From Mesotaenium endlicherianum (lineage: Eukaryota), in the NCBI GenBank assembly GCA_009602735.1, contig WELA01002904.1, positions 1 through 41,847 on the forward strand: a stretch of DNA of 41,847 bases. Direction: 5' to 3'. This document shows, piece by piece, positions 9,545-19,300 of the stretch. Numbering within the stretch: the first letter of the stretch is position 1; every line of letters begins with the position of its first letter. The notes under the pieces are model-generated. The model searched no databases. It saw only the letters and a list, made by a program, of their open reading frames with translations, and had not been told where the DNA came from. The translations under genes were made by a program, and so were the position numbers.

Positions 9545-11221
9545 ATGGCGCCCACCACACAAAAGGAGGACAGAAAGCGCAAGGCAGAAGAAGCCAGGAG
9601 GACAATGGAGCAATACCAGAAGGAGCTGGCGGCGACGTCCCTCACCAGGAGAGAACAAGAAAGGGTCCGCAAACAACAAGAGGCGGCAGAAGAGGCACAG
9701 AGGAAGAAGGATCAGGAAGCGGAAAACCTCAGGAAGGCTGAGGAGGAGAGACAGAAGAAACAGCAAGAAGAAGCGGCAGCGGCAGAAGAGGAGAAAAGAA
9801 AAAAGATTGAAGCGGACAGACAGAAGAGCTTGGCCACTTACAGGTATACTGTGGTGGGTGGCCAAAACTTCGATAACCTGAAGGAAGCATTGCTGGCAGC
9901 CCAGGAGATCAACAGGCTGGAACAGACAACACTGCTACAGAAGGAAGGAGCTACAGCACTGGACAGGTACATCGAGACACACACCGGCGTGGTCCTTTAC
10001 GAAGATTATGCTAAGATGGTGGGCTATACAGCAGAGCAGGCCCGGTATCTCGCAGATGATTCAGAGGACAAGCCGGTCCCCATACCGGGAATAGTGGGAG
10101 ATCAGAGACTCATCCGGATGGTGAGCATGCGGCCCGATAGCTTTAAGGATACGGTATTCTACCTCACACTCCTGCCAGCTTACAATGAAGTTGAGAGAAG
10201 GAGCTGGGAGTACTTGGCCAGGGAAGCAGGACAGCAGATGTTCTCTCCCCACTGGTTCCCGTGTAAACTGAGGAAGGCTGAGCACGGACCCCAGTACTAC
10301 CAGCAGCCAACAGACTGGAGGTGGATGACCGTCACAAATAAGAAGCAGGAGTGTGACCGAGCCCAACCGGATGACTTCCACTATGGCCTAGACGGCTATC
10401 TCATCCTACCACCTCACATTGCCCCTTGGGACCCCAGGCTGAATGGATGCCTGAGCAATATGAATGCAGAGACCAAGGAACATAGGAGGAGGGGAAGAGA
10501 CTACTTCTCTAAGGGAAAGCATGCCTTTGTCAAATGGGCAAAGAATGCAGGCCGGATAGATATCAGTAGGCTGAAGGCCAAGCAACCTCCAGCGCGCCCT
10601 AAGAAAGGGAGGTCGGTAGACTACTCCATGTCTACTAGGGAGCAGGACGACTTAGTGGACGAGACCCCTACTCTCTCCGAGGAGGAGGATGAGGAGGATG
10701 AGGAAGAAGAACAAGGCAGAGGAGAAGCATCAGCAGCAGGTACTCAGGATACCCAGGGACAGGCAGTGGCACTTCCTAAAGAACCACGATCAGGTGTGTG
10801 GAATGTGATCCCCGTTATGGCGACAACTGGACCCCGCGCTCGCTCCCCCAGCCCACCTGCCCAAGCAGGGGAAGAAGCTGATCTGACTGTACTGGGCAGC
10901 AGACACAGACAGAAATCCCCAGAGGACAGGGGTGCCAGAAGAGGGACACGCGGGTGGGCCAGAGGTATGCCAGCCTCCCCCTCCGCTCAGGGGCATGTAC
11001 CTCTAGCCAATGTATTTCAGCATCCTACTGGAATGCCTGTCTATGTGGGCATCAACACCCAAGTGGTTGAAGAGCAGGCTACCATCCTTCGTTCTCCTCG
11101 AGGTCCAACTTTAGAGCAAACCGGGTTCTTTAGAAGGCCAGCTGACAGACCTAGAGGGCTGTCCAGATCTAGGTCCAGATCTCCGTCCCCTGATCCTGAA
11201 GCCCCAGGAACCACCCCTTAA
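9545..11221 (+). CDS. Accessory ORF3 of unknown function (558 aa): charged coiled coil, globular core, acidic tract, RS/SP-rich tail
   Basis: Uninterrupted ORF between pol and the PPT; ATG 9545 is conserved in A3; homologous pieces in five copies. Confidence 0.85.
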   Translation: MAPTTQKEDRKRKAEEARRTMEQYQKELAATSLTRREQERVRKQQEAAEEAQRKKDQEAENLRKAEEERQKKQQEEAAAAEEEKRKKIEADRQKSLATYRYTVVGGQNFDNLKEALLAAQEINRLEQTTLLQKEGATALDRYIETHTGVVLYEDYAKMVGYTAEQARYLADDSEDKPVPIPGIVGDQRLIRMVSMRPDSFKDTVFYLTLLPAYNEVERRSWEYLAREAGQQMFSPHWFPCKLRKAEHGPQYYQQPTDWRWMTVTNKKQECDRAQPDDFHYGLDGYLILPPHIAPWDPRLNGCLSNMNAETKEHRRRGRDYFSKGKHAFVKWAKNAGRIDISRLKAKQPPARPKKGRSVDYSMSTREQDDLVDETPTLSEEEDEEDEEEEQGRGEASAAGTQDTQGQAVALPKEPRSGVWNVIPVMATTGPRARSPSPPAQAGEEADLTVLGSRHRQKSPEDRGARRGTRGWARGMPASPSAQGHVPLANVFQHPTGMPVYVGINTQVVEEQATILRSPRGPTLEQTGFFRRPADRPRGLSRSRSRSPSPDPEAPGTTP

Positions 11222-11334
11222 GGTGACAGGCTGAAAAGATAGTCAGTAAGGGAGGCTGGTCAGGGTCAGTTTCTTTATTTAAAGCTTTTGCAGTTTAATG
11301 TTGTCGAGGCGACAACAAGTTAAGTTGGAGGGAT

Positions 11335-12080
11335 TGTAATGAATCAGTATATTAGTAGATATAATATTCATTTAAATATAATAGTTAATTTAGTTCAGCC
11401 TGCTGAACTTTAGTTAGTAGTCAGTCTGCTGAACTTTAGTTAATAATCAGTCTGCTGGACTTTACATAATTATCAGTTTAATGACTCGGCCAAAAGCAGC
11501 AGGCTGAAGTCAACTTAAGTCAGCTTGCTGACACATTCTTTGACAGCCAGCTGACTTCCGTACTCGGTAGCAGCGAACTGCCTTGATATGCATCTAAGTG
11601 CGATATGCTAGATGAATGGCCAGATGACATCCCTATGATGGATGGCTATTCGGGATGATGGGAGATGGCGGTGGATTTGGTTAATCGAGGTCCTACCAAC
11701 GTGGTTAACTCCCGGGTAGGCGGTGCCATCGCACTGACCGTTGAACAGTAAACTCATTCCATGTACATATGCTAGGCATTGCTCTCGAGTTCGGCATTCG
11801 GAAACGAGGCCAACTCTCTTGTACAGCTTACTGAGAGCGATCTAAATCCAAGGCGAGAAGCCATTGATACGCACTGTCTTCTAACCTTGCTTATATATGA
11901 GTTTACTGATTTGCATTATTGATGCTAGTTTACTCACATTTGACTTACAAGTATTATTCACTGCTAGTGTGTTGTCCTTTGCCGTTAAACCAGTTAACAA
12001 AAAATTCCATAAAGATTACTTGCTGATATAAAGATCTTTATTAATTGTTAATCGCCTATTTGGTAAGTCGATTCATTTCA
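11335..12080 (+). repeat. 3' LTR of A2 (PPT at 11322-11334)
   Basis: TGTAATG...TTTCA after AAGTTGGAGGGAT. Confidence 0.93.
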
Positions 12081-13511
12081 TTCCCTGGCCAAGTACTCTC
12101 AGCTCCTTCTCTCAACTTCATTGTAAGCTGGCAATAGTGTGAGGTAGAACACCGTATCTTTAAAGCTATCGGACCGCATGCTCACCATCCTGATGAGTCT
12201 CTGATCTCCCACTATCCCCGGTATTGGGACTGGCTTGCTCTCTGAATCGTCGGCAAGGTACCGGGCCTGCTCTGTTGTATAACCCACCATCTTGGCATGA
12301 TCCTCGTAGAGGACCACACCTGTGTGTGTTTCAATGTACCTATCCAGTGCTGCGGTTCCTTCCCTTTGTAGCAGTGTTGTCTGTTCCAGCTTGTTGATCT
12401 CCTGGGTTGCTAGCAATGCTTCCTTCAGGTTATCAAAGTTTTGGCCACCCACCATAGTATACCTATAAGTGGCCAAGCTCTTGTGCCTGTCCGCTTCAGC
12501 CTTTTTCCTTCTCTCCTCCTCTGCCGCTGCCGCTTCTTCTTGTTGTTTCTTCTGTCTCTCCTCCTCAACTTTCCTGAGGTTTTCCGCTTCCTGATCCTTC
12601 TTCCTCTGTGCTTCTTCTACCGCCTCTTGTTGTTTGCGGACCCTTTCTTGTTCTCTCCTGGTGAGGGACGTCGCCGCCAGCTCCTTCTGGTATTGCTCCA
12701 TTGTCCTCCTGGCTTCTTCTGCCTTGCGCTATCTGTCCTCCTTGAAAGGGGCAGAGTGCCCTAGTGGAAGCGTAGTGACTCACGAGGAAAGGAACTAGTT
12801 GCCATCATACTAGAGAGTGCAGCGGCATATCACTAACACAGCTTAGGAAAATTACTCAACATTTTGAGTAGCAGGAAACTGTTCACAAATGATGTAGGAT
12901 GAAAGGCCGTGTCATTACAAACCCGTAGAAATTTACAGAAGTGAAAACTCCTAAGAAACAAAGAAGTTATGCCTATTTATAATTTTCTGCTCAAGTGCTC
13001 CCCCCCTAGGAGGAAGCTACGGATTTTCCTAAGTGTTCGTCAAATCGTCCCTTCCAGAATATTCGTGAGTAAGCCAGATCAGTCTAATCTGACGTGTCGG
13101 GCCGAATTGACGTCCATATACATGCATCGACATTACTAGAATATTCTATCTTAGACGCGCTAGGCTAAACCGAAACTTCTAGGTAAATCGACCTAGTCGG
13201 CACTCCGCGTCAGCCGAACTTACGTGAAGGTTCGAGTTCATTCTAACGGGCCAGATCGCTCGACGCTGTCGGTCAATCCGACGGTCGCGCTCACCGCGAA
13301 TTAAGGACAGTCGTCAACCGACCTCAAAACTAATTAAAATTCGGAAATCCATAACTCTCTCAATACTTGACCAAATTTGATGAACTTTATATCAAAATGA
13401 CCACAAAAATGAACTCTACACTACTATACAATCAAAACATACTTTCATGATACTCAAAAATGCACTTCATAAACCTATGACCTTACACTCCTTTTGTGTG
13501 GTGGGAGCCAT
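12081..13511 (-). pseudogene. A3 ORF3, N-terminal half, interrupted by a solo LTR
   Basis: ORF 12099-12701 matches A2 ORF3; its ATG lies at 13511-13509 beyond the insertion. Confidence 0.88.
12743..13487 (-). mobile_element. Family-B solo LTR with 5-bp TSD
   Basis: CTCCT at 12738-12742 and 13488-13492; TG..CA ends; removing it restores ORF3. Confidence 0.93.
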
Positions 13512-13903
13512 TCTGCACACGTAACCAGGGCAGAAGTTAGTAGGATCGTCCTTTGTCCCAGAAGTTGCAGGAAGGGAGTAAGTTCGTATTAGTATGGTGT
13601 ATTCGTTCTTGTTTACCTTACAGGGCGATTGCTAGGAGTTGACGTAGTTGCGGTGCGCTAGACATGTACGTATGAATGTGTTTTCAAGTGTGTTCAGTGA
13701 TGTATGGTTGTGCGAGGCCCTTTTTCCTTCAGCTAAAGGTGCTTTATGTGGGCCAGGCTGTTCCCTCTGTCACTATGTTGACACTTAGGGTTCACCTAAC
13801 TATCCCTTTCTCGCTCTCGCACACTAACCGTCATATATTTTCCCCTCCAACTCAAATGGAGACAGGATCTCCTGTCACCTTCCCATGTCAACTGAAATGA
13901 CTG

Positions 13904-16240
13904 TTAGGGAGGTGCTCCAGCCGCCCGAAGGTGGAACCGTTTCAACGCCCCTTTGGCATTAGTCAAATGGTCTTTAAATTCCCAAGTGTCCCCGAAGGCA
14001 TCGTAACCCTTCCATCAAATGAGGTACTTCATGACATATTTAGACGATTGACGGACCGAGCGCGCGTCTAAAATCTCCTCAACCTCATATTCCTTAGGGT
14101 CGCCTTCCCGGACAGCGAGGACTGTCCCGGTTGGACAGGTAACCGACCTGTGAATAGTGTATCACCTTTGATGCATGGTTCCACGAAGGAGACATTAAAG
14201 ACCAGATGACCCTTGTAGTCGGCTGACATGTTCAGTTTGTAAGCATTCTTACCGACACGACGCACCACCGAATATGGACCGACCCAGACCGGGCCATGCT
14301 TTTTCTTAACCACACTAGGGAGGTACAGGTGCTGAAAATGCAGTTTGACCAAATCGCCTTCAGAAAAATTCAGTTCTCGACGGTGTTGATTAGCGTACTT
14401 TTGTTGGTTTTCTTGGGCTCTGAGCAGGTTTTGCTGGACTTCTAACAGGGTGTCAGCAAACTCCTGAGTTAATTGGAGGGAGACCGGATTGTCAATCCCT
14501 TCAAGGTGAGTTAAAGACTCCCCTAGGACATCTAAAGGAGACTTAGGGACTCTACCCAGGCTTAGTTCAAAAGGAGTCTTGCCTGTTGACGCGTGCACCG
14601 CACTGTTGACCGCAAATTGGATTTGGGGTAATAGGTCATCCCAGTTATCTTTTTTTGGCTAACATAGGCTCTCAGTACCTCTTGCAAAACTCGGTTAGTT
14701 CTTTCACTCTGCCCATCAATCTGAGGGTGGTTTGCTGTGCTGAGCAGGTGTTTGACTCCCATTAACCCCATTAAAGCCCTCCAGAACTTAGAGGTAAATT
14801 TTGAGTCCCTGTCTGAGATTATATTAGAGAGTAGCTCATGGTGGCATACTACATGGTTGTAAAACTGTCTCGCTATTTCGAGTGCAGTTACTTTAACAGT
14901 TGTGGGGATGAAAATGACCATTTTTGTCAGTTTATCCACGACTACCAGTATCGAATCATGCCCATTGGCAGTTCGTGGCAGTGTGACCACCCAGTCCATG
15001 GATATAGTTTCCCAGCGGCCAGCTGGGATGGGCACCGGTTGTAAGAGGCCCCCCGGTGGTGTGTGCCTAGACTTATTCTTTTGACACTGGTCACAGGACT
15101 TAACGTATTTCAAGACCTCCCGAGGTAATCCCTCCCAATGATAATGTTTTGCCAGTTTGCCAACAATTTTGGCCTGCCCCAAATGCCCACCCAGTAAACT
15201 GTCATGTGCTTGACTCAATAAAAGGGACCTTATTTCCACGTTATTAGGAATGACCAGCTTCAGCCTGCCTAAAGTGGTTTCAGTCACCCAGACCCCTCCC
15301 TTAAGCTTATATCGGAGTACAGTAGCACGACACATACCAGTAGTGGGGCTGGGCTCAAATGTTGGGTCAGAAAGGTAGGCTTTCCTAAGTTGTTCAAGGA
15401 AGGACTTTTTCACCTTTAGTGAAGTGAGTGCACACAGGACTTTATCTACAGCATGCTGACTAAAGTTCCTTTTGTGCAAGTCAGGTCTTCTAGAGAGTGC
15501 ATCAGCAGGATTCAACTTCCCTGGTTTGTAGTCGATTTGGACTTGAAATTGCTCCAACATCTGGCTCCAGCGGTTCTCCCTCCTCGACAGCTTGGACTTC
15601 TTCTGAAAGTGAGTCAGAGCTAGATGATCTGTAATCACCTTAAAAGCTTTACCATGCAAGTATGCTCTCCACTGTTTGAGCACATGAATGATAGCTAGCA
15701 GCTCTTTATCATGCACTGAGTAATTAATCTCCGCTGGATTAAGTTTTATAGAATTGTACAACATAGGGTGCCACTCCTGCCTTACCTTAACATCCTTTGT
15801 GGTTTTGTCCGCAGGCTGCAACAAAATAGCACCCATGGCAAAGTCAGAGGCATCAGTGACCACCTGCACCGGCTTGCTGGGGTCATACACGGCTAGCACT
15901 GGGGCAGAACAAAGGGCATCTTTAAGGGTCTGGAAGGCAGCCTGCTGCTCTTCCCCCCACACATACCCGATGTCTTTCTTAGTAAGGTCAGTCAGTTTAC
16001 TGGCCTTTGTGGAATAGTTCTCAATAAATCTCCTATAGTAGTTAGCCAACCCGAGGAAGGATCTAACTTCAGAGACAGACTGTGGTACTGGCCAGTCCCT
16101 TATGGTCTGGACTTTCTTAGGATCCACACTGATGCCTTCTTTACTGACAACGTGGCCTAAGAATCCAATACTTTCTTTAAATAAATCACACTTGCTCATT
16201 TTAGCATATAAGTGATTTTTTCTCAGAGTGTCCATGACGG
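13904..16240 (-). pseudogene. pol: A3 pol, 3' part (end of RT, RNase H, integrase, chromodomain), frameshifted
   Basis: ORFs 14562-16331 and 14068-14598 match A2 pol; frameshift near 14650 and a stop in the chromodomain. Confidence 0.92.
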
Positions 16241-16390
16241 TGTTGTGCGTTAAGAGATCGGGTGCGCCTTGTCGGCATAAGCAGCACACAATAGACAAGC
16301 AGGCTTTGCTGCAATGAAGTCTATAATACAAATGGCTGTATAGCCAAAAAGGGAGTCAAGCGTCGAATGTTTTAATTCCCCCCCCAGCTC

Positions 16391-19300
16391 TCAGCCTCTA
16401 GCTGATGGGCTGTGTACGCTGCCTAAGGCTAGCTTAGTGCAGTCTTCGCAGAACCAGTCGTCAGCGGGCACGCGGGCCAGCGGCGGGTCGAGGCAGCCGA
16501 TGTGGAAGCCGAGGTTGCAGCTGTCGCAAAGCAGCATCTTGGCCTCCTGGCCAGCGCTGTGACAGATCTGGCACGCCCAGTCCTTCGGCGGCCGCGCGTC
16601 GCGGGGACGGACCTGCAAGTCCAGGTTAGGAAGATGGCACGGCCCACAATTCTTCGTGTGGTCCTTGTGAAGACGGCCATCTGCGCCTTCCAGCTCCAGG
16701 ACGCCTGACGCCAAGGCACGCTTGACGCGCAGGATGACCGGCGAGCTGCTGGTGTCGAGGCTGTTCTTCGTCTGGCGTCGTAGGTACACGAAGTCGCCTA
16801 CGGAAAATTGCAACGCCCGCGGATGATAGGCTCCTCCACGAGTCATGGCGTACCTCAGAATGTCGCGATGCTGTGCGATGCTGAGGTTATCCATGGCCAT
16901 GGGCATCAGGCGCCGGAAGAGCTGAGCACGCTGCCCGATAAGAGCACTCCATGTGTCGGGACTGTCCAAGTCCAAGACGTTCTCGGCCACCGTTCTGGCT
17001 GCTGCTGGCAGGATGGGCTGTCGGCCGTAGAGAAGGAAGTAGGGAGGGTGCGAGGCTAAGGAGGCCTGCTTACTGAACCTGTACCTCATCGCCAGCCAAG
17101 GGAGGGCGTCGTCCCAGTAGGTACGGTCGTGGGCAAGGCAGTACTTCCGCAGCCCTAGCTTGACGGTCTGCACCATGCGCTCGGCGAGGCCGTCAACCTG
17201 AGGATGATCGCGGGAGGTGGTGCGGTGGTCGATCATAGAGCGCTCTAGTAGCTTCTGAAAGCTGCCCTGGAACTCCTTGCCCTGGTCGGTCAGCACCTCA
17301 GCGCATCCGCCGAAACGGCTAAGGACCTGATTGAGGAAGGCCTGCGCGATCCCCTCACTGGCCTTGCTGGGCAAGGGCACGAGCTCGATCCACTTGGACA
17401 TGTGCTCAATCATCACCAAGACGTAGAGGTTGCCCTGGCGAGACTTGGGCAGCTCTCCAGCCAAGTCAAGCAACCACCTGTAGAACAGCCCCTGAATAGG
17501 AAGGGGGCCGAGGGCAACGGTGCGCGCTGTGAAGCTCAAGCGCACACGGTCGCAGAGAGTGCGGCTGCTGACGACAGCGGCGACGACCTTAGTCATGCCG
17601 TGCCACCAGTACTCGGCCTGAAGAAGACTGAGGGTGCGCTTGACACCGAAGTGCCCGAGGGACTCGTGCACTCGGCGCACCAGCTGACTGCGTATGGCAG
17701 GCTCAGGGACCACCAGGATGGAGCCGTCCGCCATCACGCGCCTCACGCGCCCCTCCATGAAAATGAAGTTGCGGCTGCGTCTGAGGATGCGGTCGCGCTC
17801 GCGTGCGCTGACATCGGGTGCCAAATCCTTGGCCGTGACGTACTGCAGTACTGGGGCGTCGTCCCACACGTCCTCGGGACCGCGCTGCCAGCTGTCCTGG
17901 TCCTCTGCCGCTGCCAGGGCCAATTGCCGAGTGGTGACGGTGACCATGTCCAGGCTAGTGAGCCCTGCGGGTCGTACATCGCCGTCCACGGTAAAGGCGA
18001 GGAAGGCCGCCGCATGCCAGGCTACCGGCTCATCCTCATCGTGGTGAGCCACAGTGAGATCCCTCGAGGAGGGCAGCGGGTTACGGCTGAGACCGTCAGC
18101 GTCCAGGTTGGTCGAGCCTGGACGGTGGTGCACGTCGAAGGTGTACTCCTGCAAGATAAGCGCCCACCGTGCGTACTTGCCGGTCAAGCGCTCCGACGTC
18201 ATGAGCCACTTAAGTGGCTGATGGTCGGTGACCAGGCGGAAGTGCGTGCCGTAGAGATAGTGCCTGAAGTGCACGATCGCCCAGACTGCTGCCAGGCACT
18301 CCCCCTCGTAGGAGCCATAGTTGCCTTCCGCGCGGTTGTTGCTGCGGCTGGCGTAGGCCACCACATGCTCGAAGCCGTCATGCTCCTGCACCAGCACAGC
18401 GCCCAGCCCTGCCTGCGACCAGTCGGTGTGGAGGATGAAGGGCTTCGCGTAGTCAGGACGCCGAAGCACAGGAGCGCTCACCAGCAGCTCCTTGAGCTTA
18501 TCGAATGCCGCCTGCTGCTCTGGTCCCCACACGTAGGCAACGCCCTTGCGGAGCAAGTCGTTGAGCGGCTTGGCTAGCTCGCTGAACCCTGGCACGAAGC
18601 GGCGGTAGTAGTTGGCGATGCCGAGGAAGGCCCGCAGCTGCGAGAGATCTGTAGGAGGTGGGATGCCTGTGATGGCCGAGATCTTTGCCAGCTGGGTTGC
18701 CAAGCCGCTGGAGGAGAGCAGGTGGCCAAGGTACTCCACCTCGCGGGTCTCAAAGGTGCACTTGCCTGGATGGCACTTGAGCCCAGCGGCCTCCAAGCGG
18801 TCCAGGACGGTAGTGATGTGCACCACGTGCTCCTCAAACGTCTGACTGAAGACGAGCACGTCATCGATGTAGCATCGGGCAAAGGACAGCCCGACCAGCT
18901 CCTTATCCATCACCCTCTGAAAGGTAGCTGGCGCGTTCTTCAACCCGAACGGCATCACCACCCACTCGTAGAGCCGCTGTGCTCCCCAGAACGCCGTCTT
19001 ATGCTGGTCCTCCTCGGCGATGGGAATCTGGTTGAAGCCCTGACGCAGATCCAGCACTGAGAACCAAGTGCACGTGCCAATGTCGTCAAAGATCTCGTCA
19101 GGCGTCGGCATAGGATATCTGTCCTGCTCGGTGACCTCGTTCAGCCTACGATAGTCACCGCACATCCTCTTCTCGGACCAGTTGCCCGAGGCATCCTTCT
19201 TGGCTGGCATGACCGTGGGTGCGGCATAGCGAGAGGAGGACTCCCGAATGAGCCGGCTGTCCTCCAGCTTGCCTGTCTGCGCGCTGATCAAGCCATCCTC

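Larger units (their letters stand above)
3860..12080 (+). mobile_element. Family-A Ty3/gypsy chromovirus copy A2 with intact gag, pol and ORF3; 5' LTR truncated
   Basis: LTR remnant 3860-3979, PBS, gag, pol (PR-RT-RH-IN-chromodomain), ORF3, PPT, full 3' LTR. Confidence 0.93.

Noticed and set aside
9422..9865. Hydrophobic antisense ORF that looks like a membrane protein (also 12441-12764)
   Set aside because: It is the mirror of the purine-rich coiled-coil codons of ORF3
9545..11221. ORF3 as an envelope (env) gene
   Set aside because: No visible signal peptide or transmembrane helix; the protein is highly charged
14562..16331. N-terminus [12 protein letters not shown]... of the 589-aa ORF
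   Set aside because: Chance read-through from element E's terminus into the interrupted A3 pol
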